From assembly GCA_963663865.1 (NCBI GenBank), contig OY760686.1, positions 1,216,001-1,280,000 of the forward strand: 64,000 nt of DNA, given 5' to 3'. Source of the DNA: Spirochaetota bacterium (lineage in GTDB: Bacteria; Spirochaetota; UBA4802; UBA5550). Below the pieces are notes generated by a model, which was not told the DNA's origin, ran no database searches, and saw only the letters and a list, made by a program, of their open reading frames with translations. The position numbers and the translations under genes were made by a program. Positions 29,074-38,827 of the stretch are shown here, piece after piece; within the stretch, counting starts at the first letter, position 1, and the number at the start of each line of letters is the position of its first letter.

Positions 29074-29559
29074 GTGCAAACAGCTGCCAGTAAAGTAAAG
29101 CGTAACAGCGAAAGTTCTTCTGTTTCACAGCAGGTAGTGTGTTTTAAAATCGGAAGAGAAGAGTACGGGATACCAATTCTTCTGGTTCAGGAAATTTTAA
29201 AGCTTCCCAAGGTAACCGTGCTGCCCAAGTCGGTTCCATATATAAAGGGTGTAATTGATCTTAGAAGCAAGGTAATTCCGATTGTTGATTTGAGTAAAAA
29301 ATTTAAAATTGATTCCGCCGGGGACTCTGGAAGTACAAGGGCTATCGTTGTAGATATCAGCGGTAAACAGGTTGGCCTTGCAATAGATTCTGTAAGTCAT
29401 GTTATAAAAATCGGATCTGACGAAATTGAGCCGCCTCCGCCTGTTGTTAAGGGGATATCAGGAAGATACATAACAGGCATAGCGAAGTTCGAGCAGAGCT
29501 TTGTAGTAATTCTTGATATTAATCAGATATTTTCAAGTGATGAGCTGAATTCCATCTGA
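29074..29559 (+). CDS. cheW: Chemotaxis coupling protein CheW
   Basis: EEYGIPILLVQEI, GVIDLRSKVIPIVDL, GLAIDSV. Confidence 0.95.
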   Translation: MQTAASKVKRNSESSSVSQQVVCFKIGREEYGIPILLVQEILKLPKVTVLPKSVPYIKGVIDLRSKVIPIVDLSKKFKIDSAGDSGSTRAIVVDISGKQVGLAIDSVSHVIKIGSDEIEPPPPVVKGISGRYITGIAKFEQSFVVILDINQIFSSDELNSI

Positions 29560-30723
29560 TTAAAAGGCTGAAATAAGGATAGTCTCCAGCTCACTTGCGT
29601 TGAGCTGTCGGGGGCTGTTCTCGACAAGTTTGCATGCTGCTGCCCTTTCCGCAACAGTTCTGAACTGGGACTTATGTATGTTTAAATCTGAAAGCCTTTG
29701 TGCTGCTCCTATATCTGACTCGATTTTTCTAACCGCCTCTACGGCTTTTATAGCGGCCTCAATAACAGTGATGTCCCTGACATCCTCGCCCATGACCTTT
29801 GCCATGTGAACGTACTTGCCCGGAGAAGACGTAAGGTTGTATTCAAGAATATGAGGAAGCATTATGCCTGCACCTGTTTCAATGTCGAGTCCCGTTACAG
29901 AGGAAAGGGCGAAGGCAAGAGCCATTGCGACTGACGAACGGGCTGTCGAGAATGCTATGCCCGTCATAAGCGAAGCGGTTACCAGATTCAGTCTCAGTGT
30001 GATGTTTTCCGGATCATTGAAGAGCTGCTGAAGGTTTTTGAATGTTATATCTATGCTTTTAAGCGAATAGGTATTAATGATATCGTTGTTGGCTCTTGAG
30101 ATGACTGACTCAATAGCGACTGATAGAGAAGCAAGCGAGGTGTTTAGCAGCAGCTTTTCAGGTACATTAATGCCGAGGGTTGGGTCGACAACAGACGCAG
30201 CGGGATAAACGCGATTGTCAAAGTAGAACCTGTGTTTTGAATCCTCAATATCTGTTACAAAAAAAACCGGCGCGATTTCGAACCCGTAGGCCGGAAAACC
30301 GGTAAGCGATATAAATGGAAGTGCAGGAGCTGTTAGTTCAGGATTCGTAAATATGTCATCACAGAATATGTGATTGTCAGTTAGAAGCGAAACGGCCCTT
30401 GCCGCGCTCAGCGATTCTGTACCGCCCAGCCCTATAATACAGTCACAGTTTGATTTTTTAGCGAAAGCTACAGCTTCGTCAATATCCTCGGTATTGGGGG
30501 AGGAGGGCAGGCTGTCATAAACAATACAACCGATTTCGGAGCGTTTCATGCCTTCGGAGATTTGTTCTATTTGAGAGTCGAAATACTGCAAGTCGCCGGT
30601 TGTGAGCATAAGTATTGTTCTTCTGCCGAATCTGGATACAATCTGGGGCAGAGTTGATGCTGAGTCCTGCCTGATATATATCTCTGTCGGCAGTTTAAAA
30701 TCTGGTGCGGGGGTTATACTCAA
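29560..30723 (-). CDS. Iron-containing alcohol dehydrogenase-fold protein, metal ligands absent (probable pseudoenzyme)
   Basis: Overall Fe-ADH layout (FKLPTEI, DCIIGLGG, VVDP, MLPHILEYN, NSPR); see findings. Confidence 0.85.
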   Translation of the reverse strand: MSITPAPDFKLPTEIYIRQDSASTLPQIVSRFGRRTILMLTTGDLQYFDSQIEQISEGMKRSEIGCIVYDSLPSSPNTEDIDEAVAFAKKSNCDCIIGLGGTESLSAARAVSLLTDNHIFCDDIFTNPELTAPALPFISLTGFPAYGFEIAPVFFVTDIEDSKHRFYFDNRVYPAASVVDPTLGINVPEKLLLNTSLASLSVAIESVISRANNDIINTYSLKSIDITFKNLQQLFNDPENITLRLNLVTASLMTGIAFSTARSSVAMALAFALSSVTGLDIETGAGIMLPHILEYNLTSSPGKYVHMAKVMGEDVRDITVIEAAIKAVEAVRKIESDIGAAQRLSDLNIHKSQFRTVAERAAACKLVENSPRQLNASELETILISAF

Positions 30724-30748
30724 GGGAATCCTTCATAAAGTATGATAT

Positions 30749-30772
30749 AAAAAAAGCGGAATAATTCCGCTT
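30749..30772 (-). terminator. Intrinsic terminator after flgM
   Basis: AAGCGGAA-3 nt-TTCCGCTT hairpin followed by a U-tract on the minus strand. Confidence 0.75.
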
Positions 30773-30803
30773 AATCTATTACTCCACAGATATTTCCTGA
30801 TCG

Positions 30804-31097
30804 TTATTCTTTCAGGAGAATGCCAGCTACCTTTCCGGCTACAGCGCTCAGAACTGTGCTGTCATCAAAGTCGTATGACCCGTTCTGTATTCGCTCTTTT
30901 ATGTCTTTGACCTTATCTGCTCTTAAATCAGGGGTCTCATGTACAGTCTGCATGCTCTTGGAAATCTCAGCAGCGAGTTTACCTTCGCTTGAAATCTCAA
31001 TCGCGTCTTTTCGCCCCGCCTCTCCTGCCGCGGAGGTCTGCTTCGACTTTTTGGGTTCCGGGATGTTGTGAATTCCGCCGATTTTATCAATTACCAT
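30804..31097 (-). CDS. flgM: Anti-sigma28 factor FlgM
   Basis: DAIEISSEGK, PDLRADKVKDIKERIQNGSY. Confidence 0.92.
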   Translation of the reverse strand: MVIDKIGGIHNIPEPKKSKQTSAAGEAGRKDAIEISSEGKLAAEISKSMQTVHETPDLRADKVKDIKERIQNGSYDFDDSTVLSAVAGKVAGILLKE

Positions 31098-31126
31098 ATT
31101 GTTAACCCTTCTTGTATCTGTTATTA

Positions 31127-31153
31127 TTATCGGAAAAAAAAGTCAAATCTTTA
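31127..31153 (-). promoter_or_regulatory. sigma28 promoter of flgM
   Basis: Minus strand TAAA-N15-TCCGATAA, near-consensus (TAAA-N15-GCCGATAA), 30 nt upstream of the flgM ATG. Confidence 0.85.
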
Positions 31154-31273
31154 ATGAAAATATAGAGCACTTACACATTATTGAGAAATATCCACACTCA
31201 GTAAATATACAAAAAAAACCGATAAAAGACAAATTTACCTGTTGAACGGACGCTTAAAGCCTTTGTGAACGCA

Positions 31274-31978
31274 TTAATCAGATTTCTTTTTTAGGCCTGT
31301 GTTGGAAATCGCAATGGCAAATTCCCCCTTGGCCTTTACAAGTTCAGGATTTGAAGCGATTTGAATAGCCGTTCCGCGGATAAATTCCTCATACATTTTC
31401 GTCATCTCGCGGCCAATAACTAATTCATTTTCTGGAAAAACCTCAGCAATGGCGGCTAACAGCTTGTGAATGCGGTGGGGCGATTCATAAATGACTATTA
31501 TCCCTTCGTACTGCTTAAGCTTTTCGAGCTCGTTAATGCGTCTGCCGGGTTTTTTACTGATAAATCCAGCAAAGATAATGTCCTTCTGAATTATGCCGGC
31601 GGCAGAAATCAGGGCCGTCAAAGCGGAGGCGCCTGGAAGAGGTGATATCTGTATGCCCGAGTTAACTGCCGCATTTACAAGCTTGCTTCCCGGATCAGAC
31701 AGGCCCGGAGTACCGCAGTCAGTTAGATACGCAATGTTTTCTCCATTGAGCAGCCTTTTGCAGGCTTCATCAATTCTTGCCGCCGGCGAATGGGAATGGA
31801 GCGAATAAGAAGGCAACTCGATTCCGTATGCGTTCAGTATTTTTTTACTCTGGCGGGTGTCCTCGCAGAAGATACAGCTGACCTCTTCCCTGAGCACCCT
31901 GACAGCCCTGAAGGTCATATCCTCAATATTGCCGATTGGCGTCGCAATCATGTACAGTACACCTGTTTTCATAAACAC
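31274..31978 (-). CDS. rsmI: 16S rRNA C1402 2'-O-methyltransferase RsmI
   Basis: LYMIATPIGNIED, EDTR, DCGTPGLSDPG, YESPHR, REMTK. Confidence 0.95.
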   Translation of the reverse strand: MFMKTGVLYMIATPIGNIEDMTFRAVRVLREEVSCIFCEDTRQSKKILNAYGIELPSYSLHSHSPAARIDEACKRLLNGENIAYLTDCGTPGLSDPGSKLVNAAVNSGIQISPLPGASALTALISAAGIIQKDIIFAGFISKKPGRRINELEKLKQYEGIIVIYESPHRIHKLLAAIAEVFPENELVIGREMTKMYEEFIRGTAIQIASNPELVKAKGEFAIAISNTGLKKKSD

Positions 31979-32155
31979 AACATCACCAGATATACCGGGT
32001 ATTTGTAAATCAGTTTATATTTTTTTTAGGGGGGATGATATCGTCTCATATGACTATATTTTATTAAAAAGTATGAGACTTTTTACAGGCATATTTGTTT
32101 GATGTCCTTGGAAAGACGATACTATACGTTTATCACAGGGGCAAATAACAGAACA

Positions 32156-33268
32156 ATGAAATTCCAGATCAAAGATAAGTGCACAAATACGTCCGCGAGG
32201 ACCGGTACCATAACAACAACAAGAGGTGAAATTCAAACGCCTGTTTTTATGCCAGTGGCCACAAGAGCGGCCATCAGGGCGTTGACTTTTCAGGATATAA
32301 AAGAAATTGGTTTTGATATTATACTGTCAAATACTTACCACCTGTACATAAGGCCTGGTACAGATACCCTTGACGTCGCCGGCGGGCTTCACAGCTTCAT
32401 GAATTACGATGGTCCAATACTGACTGACTCGGGCGGTTTCCAGGTCTTCTCGCTTTCTGATCTGTGCAGGGTTAAGGATAACGGAGTTGAGTTTAGCTCT
32501 CACCTCGACGGCTCAAGGCATCTTTTCACTCCTGAGAAGGTTCTGGATATTCAGCGTTCAATCGGATCAGATATTATGATGGTGCTGGACCAATGTACTG
32601 ATTATCCTGTCGGGAAAAAGGACGCGAAGGCCGCGCTTGATAGAACATTAAGCTGGGCAGGGATTTCAGCTGAGTATTGGGGAAATACCTTTAACGTAGA
32701 TGAACAGGCGCTTTTTGGAATTGTCCAGGGAAGTGTTTATGCTGATTTGAGGAAGGAATGCGCTGAGAAACTGGTGGAACTTGATCTTCCCGGCTATGCT
32801 GTAGGGGGACTGTCTGTCGGAGAGCCCGGCGAGCTGTACAGGGAAATGACTGAATATACGCTGAAATATCTGCCGGCTGAAAAACCCCGTTATATGATGG
32901 GTGTCGGCAGCCCACTGGAGATTATCTTTGCCGTCAGAAACGGCGTGGACATGTTCGATTGTGTCATGCCCACGCGTATAGCCCGCAACGGGACACTCTA
33001 CACATCAAAGGGTAGAATCAATATTAAATCTGCTGCCTACGAGAGGGATTTTTCTCCGTTGGATGAAAACTGTGGTTGCTATGTGTGCAGGAATTATTCA
33101 AAGGCGTATCTGAGGCATATTTTTAGAGTTGGAGAGATTGCTGCCCTGACATATAACACCTATCACAATCTGTATTTCATGAAAAATTTTATGCTTGAAA
33201 TGCGCGAGGCTATAGCATCGGACAGATTTGAAAGCTTTGAGCAAAAGTGGAAGTTGGTTTTTGCCTGA
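32156..33268 (+). CDS. tgt: tRNA-guanine transglycosylase
   Basis: TPVFMPV, NTYHL, TDSGGFQ, GGLSVGE, DMFDCV, CxCxxC...H zinc site. Confidence 0.97.
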   Translation: MKFQIKDKCTNTSARTGTITTTRGEIQTPVFMPVATRAAIRALTFQDIKEIGFDIILSNTYHLYIRPGTDTLDVAGGLHSFMNYDGPILTDSGGFQVFSLSDLCRVKDNGVEFSSHLDGSRHLFTPEKVLDIQRSIGSDIMMVLDQCTDYPVGKKDAKAALDRTLSWAGISAEYWGNTFNVDEQALFGIVQGSVYADLRKECAEKLVELDLPGYAVGGLSVGEPGELYREMTEYTLKYLPAEKPRYMMGVGSPLEIIFAVRNGVDMFDCVMPTRIARNGTLYTSKGRINIKSAAYERDFSPLDENCGCYVCRNYSKAYLRHIFRVGEIAALTYNTYHNLYFMKNFMLEMREAIASDRFESFEQKWKLVFA

Positions 33269-33285
33269 CTGCCGGATAAATTCTC

Positions 33286-33314
33286 TTGACACTCATTGTT
33301 GCGACGGTTATATT
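33286..33314 (+). promoter_or_regulatory. sigma70 promoter of the STAS-lipoprotein pair
   Basis: TTGACA-17 nt-TATATT. Confidence 0.7.
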
Positions 33315-33363
33315 GCAATGATTAGCTTTTGGCCATTTGAGCTATTGCTTCAGGAAGGGATAT

Positions 33364-33702
33364 ATGGAAATCAATAAGAGGTTCAGCAACGGTGTTGTGA
33401 TTCTTGACATAACCGGGGAGATTGACCTGTACAATGCCCCCGAGATTAAGGATATTGTGAACAGTCTGATAGAAGACAAACATTTTAATCTTGTCATCAA
33501 TCTTGAGAAAGTCAGCTATATAGATTCGTCAGGGATCGGCGCTTTGATATCCAGCCTTTCTAATTTGAAAAAGTATCAGGGCGGATTGAAAATAATCAAT
33601 GTTTTTGCTTCAGTCAGGAAAGTATTTGAGCTGACCAAGCTGACTTCCTTCTTCGAAATATACGATGAGGAACCGGAGGCTGTTGCTTCCTTTAACTCGT
33701 GA
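33364..33702 (+). CDS. STAS-domain anti-sigma factor antagonist
   Basis: GEIDLYNAP, VSYIDSSGIGAL, VFELTKL. Confidence 0.93.
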   Translation: MEINKRFSNGVVILDITGEIDLYNAPEIKDIVNSLIEDKHFNLVINLEKVSYIDSSGIGALISSLSNLKKYQGGLKIINVFASVRKVFELTKLTSFFEIYDEEPEAVASFNS

Positions 33703-33764
33703 ATCCGTTATTTAATGACTTTTCCGGGCTCCTGTAGCCCCTACTATTTCCTGTGAGGTATACT

Positions 33765-34982
33765 ATGAACAGATTCAAAAGATTCGGTATCGTAAGTCTT
33801 CTCCTGTCGCTTGTAGTAGTGAGTTGCGGAGATCCTCTTCCAATAAAAGAGATGAATTCAGCCAGAGAGTCAATAAACAGAGCTCTTTCCGTAAAAGCTG
33901 ATAAATACGCCCCCGAAGAGATCGAGGCCTCAAAAGCCAGGCTCATTGAATGTCATGACTTTATTGTTGATAAGGAAGACGTTGAAAAAGCAAAAGCTTC
34001 CGCTCTCGAGTCAAAGAAACTCGCTGACGCTGCCTATGACAAAGCGATTCCCCTGTTGGCGAAGGACACTATTGACATTGCCGAGCAGGGAATGGAAGAA
34101 GCCGTTGAGGCTCATGCGGATGTACTTGCCAGCCAGGAGTATGCGGATGCCAGAGCGACACTTGACAAAGGCGTTACTCAGTACGAGGAAAAACAGTACT
34201 ATGAAGCCTATCAGAAGGCTATACAGGCTGACCAGAAAGCGAAGAGTGCAAGAAACACAGCCCTCGGCAGCAAACACCTGCTGAAAGATGAGATTGCCGA
34301 GGTTAAGATGACTCTACGCAGAGCTGATAACTATAATGCAAGTGAGAACGCAGCTGAGTCCTACAACCTCGCGCAGGAAAACATTGCCACTGCAGAGGGA
34401 GCCTACAATGAAATGAAGCTTAAGCGCGGTTTTGCCGCAACTGAAGCTGCAAGAATAAGTGCAGAGGAGGCTTTCAGAACGGCCCTTGAAAAGACGGCCA
34501 CTGAGGAGTTGGCGATGTCGGCTGAGGCGGTTGAGAAGGCCGGTGCCTCTGAAGGAGCTTCGGTTGCCGCAGATGAGCTGGCCGCCGCGAAAGAAGCATA
34601 TTCGACAGCAAAAGCTATGCATGATGAAAAGCGATATGAAGAGTCGATAGAGTACTCAAAGGAAGCAGGCAGGCTGGCGGGAATTGTTGCGATGACCAGG
34701 CCGGCTCAAGAGGACACTTCAGTTGCTCAAAAAGATGAAGACGAAGATGATGCTGAAATCTCAAAGGCTGCAGAAGAGCTGGAAAAAGCGGAAGAAAAGG
34801 ATTACACCCTCTACACGGTTGTTTATAGAAAGGGACCAAAAGACTGTCTGTGGAGAATAGCTGGAAGACACTACCAGAATCCCAGAAAATGGAAAAAGAT
34901 ATATCAGGCGAATAAGGACAGAATTAAGAATCCTGATCTGATCTATCCTGGCTGGGTTCTGAAAATACCAAAGCTTAAGTAA
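33765..34982 (+). CDS. LysM-domain lipoprotein with Ala-rich helical repeats (LipL71/LruA-like)
   Basis: Lipobox LVVVSC; A..YA.EE repeats; DCLWRIA...WKKIYQANKDRIKNPDLIYPGWVLKIP LysM. Confidence 0.85.
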   Translation: MNRFKRFGIVSLLLSLVVVSCGDPLPIKEMNSARESINRALSVKADKYAPEEIEASKARLIECHDFIVDKEDVEKAKASALESKKLADAAYDKAIPLLAKDTIDIAEQGMEEAVEAHADVLASQEYADARATLDKGVTQYEEKQYYEAYQKAIQADQKAKSARNTALGSKHLLKDEIAEVKMTLRRADNYNASENAAESYNLAQENIATAEGAYNEMKLKRGFAATEAARISAEEAFRTALEKTATEELAMSAEAVEKAGASEGASVAADELAAAKEAYSTAKAMHDEKRYEESIEYSKEAGRLAGIVAMTRPAQEDTSVAQKDEDEDDAEISKAAEELEKAEEKDYTLYTVVYRKGPKDCLWRIAGRHYQNPRKWKKIYQANKDRIKNPDLIYPGWVLKIPKLK

Positions 34983-35007
34983 TTGTTCAAAACGCATGTA
35001 ATGTTTC

Positions 35008-35035
35008 AGAAGCCGCCGTTAAAGGCGGCTTCTTT
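35008..35035 (+). terminator. Intrinsic terminator
   Basis: AGAAGCCGCC-GTTAAA-GGCGGCTTCT followed by TT. Confidence 0.8.
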
Positions 35036-35163
35036 GCGTTGTTCAGGGCTGTTTCAGTGAGAGGATGTGAAGACGGGGAATAGGGGCGTATATTCAAAAA
35101 TTATGTCTTGACTCTGACCAGGAGCTCTATTGATATCAACTGAAACTGTGCGGTGGTTTAATC

Positions 35164-36186
35164 ATGGCGACAAAAAAGAAAAAAACAGTCAAAGATGAAG
35201 CTGAACTCGAGGTTCGGAATCAGAAGCCGGACGATTCTGATTTTGATGATGGCGAAGGCGATTTTGCTGATGATGATGAAGCTGATGAAAGCGTCTATGA
35301 ATCCGAGGGCGTTCATGCCGATGAGGACATGTCCAGGTTAAAGGGCGGCCAGGGGTATACTGACTCTTCAATCTCGTGGTATCTTGATCAAATAAATCGC
35401 ATTCCGCTTCTTACACGGGAAGAGGAGGATTCGCTTGCGAGGGCGGCTCGAGAAGGCGATGAGAAGGCAAAGAACCAGCTCGTCAAGGCGAATCTGAGAT
35501 TTGTGGTTTCGATAGCTAAAAAGTATCAGACAAGCGGTATTTCACTCCTTGATATTATCAATGAGGGGAATATGGGGTTGATAAGAGCCGCGGAGAAATT
35601 TGATCCAGACAGGGGATTCCATTTTATTTCATACGCTGTCTGGTGGATCAGACAGGCCATAATTCTTGCTATTTCTCAAAAGGCCTCTCTGATAAGACTC
35701 CCTTTAAACAGAACTGCGGATATACAAAAAATTGAGAAGGTTCATAAAAAGCTTGAGAACAAGCTTGGGCGTGAACCCAGCGCTTCCGAGATAGCGGAAG
35801 AGCTTGATATGGATGACGAGGAAATAAACCACCTGAGAAATATCACTCAGGATTACATTTCTCTCGATTCAACCTATGGAGAGTCTGATGACACGACTAT
35901 CGTGAGCATGATTGTTGACCAGAGGGTTGATTCTCCGGATAAGAAGGTACTTGATGAGTCACTAAAGGAGTCGCTTAACTCGATTCTTGACACTCTGACG
36001 GAATCAGAGAGAAAGATTCTTGAGATGAGATTCGGGCTGAATGGATATGAACCTATGTCCCTTCAGCAAATTGGCGACAAGTTCAAGCTGTCAAAAGAAA
36101 GAATACGGCAGATTGAGAAAAAAGCGATAAGGCGCCTAAGGCATCCTTCGAGGAGTCAGAAACTAAAAAGCTATTTGCAGGATTGA
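35164..36186 (+). CDS. RpoD/RpoS-type sigma70 factor lacking region 1.1 (acidic N-terminus)
   Basis: [45 protein letters not shown]. Confidence 0.93.
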   Translation: MATKKKKTVKDEAELEVRNQKPDDSDFDDGEGDFADDDEADESVYESEGVHADEDMSRLKGGQGYTDSSISWYLDQINRIPLLTREEEDSLARAAREGDEKAKNQLVKANLRFVVSIAKKYQTSGISLLDIINEGNMGLIRAAEKFDPDRGFHFISYAVWWIRQAIILAISQKASLIRLPLNRTADIQKIEKVHKKLENKLGREPSASEIAEELDMDDEEINHLRNITQDYISLDSTYGESDDTTIVSMIVDQRVDSPDKKVLDESLKESLNSILDTLTESERKILEMRFGLNGYEPMSLQQIGDKFKLSKERIRQIEKKAIRRLRHPSRSQKLKSYLQD

Positions 36187-37250
36187 TGCTCATGAGATAT
36201 TTAATAGCCGGGCTAATAGCCGGATTTGTAATTAATCTTTTTGTTTTTAAACCAGCTGGCGGAGCGGCAGTATATCCTCTCTATTATAAATCAATTAACT
36301 CATTGGAGATCAGCAAGGCCGCCGGAGATGAAACATTCGGTTTAAGCGACAGGGGTTTGATCTATCGTGTTGATTTTTACGGAAAAGTTAAGAGTAAATT
36401 CGAAACGGGAAAGCGCCTTTCATCGCTTACTGCTGACGGACGTTTCGCTGTTTTATTTGAGAAAACCGGATCTGAGCTGGAGCTTGTGAGCACTTCCGGA
36501 GACAGGTTCTGGAAGATGAAATCCCTTGAATACCCATATATATCCAGCGGCGGAAAGCTGATTTTCCTGATGAACGGCGATCATAGCGCGGTGAGAATTG
36601 CCGATATAAACGGGAAAATAATCGGCCGGGAAACGATTTACGGACGAATCTGTACGGTGCTGTCCTTTTCTGAGCGTAACGATTTTGGAGTAATCGGCTT
36701 TTTTGACGGATCATATTACGTCGTCAATGAAAAGGGTGATATACTGAAACAGGGAGCCTGCCCGCTCGGGAACACGGTTAAAAGCGCCGCAATAAGCTGC
36801 ACCGGCAAATATGCGGCTGTTCACTGCGGAGACGAAAACAGCGATAGAATCATGATCGTTGATATTGATAATGACTCGATTGAAACCTTTGAGTTAAATG
36901 AATCGCATTACACTACATCACCTTTACAAATTGATGACAGCGGCAGAACCATTTTTCTGGGGCACAGGGCGGTCAGCGTATTGGATTCGGAGGCTGAGTT
37001 GCTTTTGAAATTGCCTGTTGCTGAAAGGCGTCCCGGACAGGCCTCTGTGCTTTCAGCAAAGGGCTGTCTGGCGGCGGGTTTTACGGAAATTAACGGCGGT
37101 TCAAGATGTGTAATTTTTACAGAGGATGGAGATGTTATTTTCAGCAGGGAATATCCAGGTGAGGCGTTTCTTAAGCTGATTTCATCTCCCGGAAAAATCA
37201 CTGTAAGGGGAGCAGGCAGCATTTTCTGTTACGCTGTTGAAGGGTTGTGA
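36183..37250 (+). CDS. Hypothetical exported beta-propeller-like protein
   Basis: N-terminal hydrophobic segment, repeated beta-strand motifs; coupled to the sigma gene. Confidence 0.65.
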   Translation: MMLMRYLIAGLIAGFVINLFVFKPAGGAAVYPLYYKSINSLEISKAAGDETFGLSDRGLIYRVDFYGKVKSKFETGKRLSSLTADGRFAVLFEKTGSELELVSTSGDRFWKMKSLEYPYISSGGKLIFLMNGDHSAVRIADINGKIIGRETIYGRICTVLSFSERNDFGVIGFFDGSYYVVNEKGDILKQGACPLGNTVKSAAISCTGKYAAVHCGDENSDRIMIVDIDNDSIETFELNESHYTTSPLQIDDSGRTIFLGHRAVSVLDSEAELLLKLPVAERRPGQASVLSAKGCLAAGFTEINGGSRCVIFTEDGDVIFSREYPGEAFLKLISSPGKITVRGAGSIFCYAVEGL

Positions 37251-37618
37251 CGATGGATAGAGCTTTACCACAGGCTGTAATGCTCTACGGCTATGACGAG
37301 GCTTCGGCTGAAGTAATTCTGAGCGCGTTTGAATTAATAACGGGTGGAAGGCCTGTCATGTTTAACGCGACCGGCAGAGAAGCCTCAACAGTCTCCGAGG
37401 TGCTTGAAGGAGGCGAGGGGAGTTTCAATACATGCACTGTGCCTTTTCTTATGTTTCTGGGATATGGTTCTGATGAAATACGCATGATTATGCAAAGGTT
37501 CCCATCCACCCCTGAAATTAAAAGACCGATATTCTGCGGGCTTACTTCCAACAACATTAGCTGGAAGATTGAGTATCTGCTCGAACACCTGATTGAGGAA
37601 AGGAGAGCTCATGCATGA
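37247..37618 (+). CDS. DUF3783 family protein
   Basis: RPIFCGLTSNNISWKIEYLLEHLIEER C-terminus. Confidence 0.75.
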   Translation: MTMDRALPQAVMLYGYDEASAEVILSAFELITGGRPVMFNATGREASTVSEVLEGGEGSFNTCTVPFLMFLGYGSDEIRMIMQRFPSTPEIKRPIFCGLTSNNISWKIEYLLEHLIEERRAHA

Positions 37619-38714
37619 GGAAATATTGAGTGAGTTTCGCAGGAAGAGTCGATCTGTAAATGCCGGCGGGCTGCTTATCGGTGGAGGTGCGCCCGTAAGT
37701 GTTCAAACTATGACGAACATTCCAATAGATGATGTCGGTGCGAACACAACAATGATTGCAAGACTTAAATCGCTTGGTGCGGAACTTGTAAGGCTCGCAG
37801 TCAGGAATGAGAATTCTGTTAAGGCCTTTCGAGAGATTAGAAAGGCGGTTGATATTCCAATATGTGCTGATATTCACTTTGATTACAGGCTCGCGATTAA
37901 GTCAATTGAGGCCGGAGCGGACAAGATACGCATCAATCCGGGTAATATCGGCAGCGAAACCCGGGTGAAAGAGGTTGTCCGCGCAGCCCGGGAGAGAGGA
38001 GTGCCAATCCGCATAGGAGTAAACGGCGGCTCAATTGACAGAAATCGTTTCAGCGGTCCAACGCCCGAGAACCTTGTCGAGTCGGCCCTTGAACATGTAA
38101 AAATTCTTGAAGATGCGGGCTTTTATGACATAGTAGTCTCGATAAAAACATCTGACCTTCGTGAAATGATAGAAGCGAACCGGATTTTTTCCGGAAGGAC
38201 TGAATATCCGATACATGTCGGCCTTACAGAAGCAGGATTCGGTCAGGCCTGTCTTGTATCAAGCTCAATCGCTATTGGACATCTACTGCTTCAGGGTATC
38301 GGAGACACAATAAGGGTATCAATGACTGGTGACCCGGCAGATGAGATTCTGGCCGGAATCGAAATACTTAACTCTCTCGGATTAAGAAAGGCTCCAGTAA
38401 GGATTATTTCGTGCCCGACATGCGGACGGACTGACCCATCGCTCGATCTGCTGATGCTGGCAAAGCGAATTGACAGGGAGTTTAACGAAAGGTTTGGCTC
38501 TATTTTGCGGGAAAGGGGGCAGACTTTGAAGGTTGCCGTTATGGGATGCGAGGTTAACGGTCCCGGTGAGGCATCTGACGCGGATTTGGGACTCGCGGGT
38601 GGGAGAAACGGCTCAGTGGTAGTTTTTTCTTCAGGCCGGAAAATAAAAAAAATCGACGTTGAAGAGGCAGTTGAATACCTTCTCTGTATGGCTGAAGAGT
38701 ATATTAAAGCTTAA
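37611..38714 (+). CDS. ispG: HMBPP synthase IspG
   Basis: VSVQTMTN, ADIHFDY, RINPGN, GDTIRVS, SCPTCGR, VMGCEVNGPGE. Confidence 0.97.
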   Translation: MHEEILSEFRRKSRSVNAGGLLIGGGAPVSVQTMTNIPIDDVGANTTMIARLKSLGAELVRLAVRNENSVKAFREIRKAVDIPICADIHFDYRLAIKSIEAGADKIRINPGNIGSETRVKEVVRAARERGVPIRIGVNGGSIDRNRFSGPTPENLVESALEHVKILEDAGFYDIVVSIKTSDLREMIEANRIFSGRTEYPIHVGLTEAGFGQACLVSSSIAIGHLLLQGIGDTIRVSMTGDPADEILAGIEILNSLGLRKAPVRIISCPTCGRTDPSLDLLMLAKRIDREFNERFGSILRERGQTLKVAVMGCEVNGPGEASDADLGLAGGRNGSVVVFSSGRKIKKIDVEEAVEYLLCMAEEYIKA

Positions 38715-38827
38715 TTACCGCCCGGTCGTGCTGAACATTTTCTAAAAGTGTCCAAAATGTTATGGAAAGGGATGCCGGCAATCTGGTATAATATGACGAA
38801 AAGAGGGATGTTTGAGGAAATGGAATA

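Noticed and set aside
11300-29500. Flagellar cluster as a horizontally acquired island (looks more AT-rich than the first 7 kb)
   Set aside because: Visual impression only; gene order is native spirochaete type, core genes are embedded and there are no mobility genes or flanking repeats
31180-31200. DnaA box / replication origin (ATATCCACA)
   Set aside because: Single imperfect box, no cluster or dnaA context
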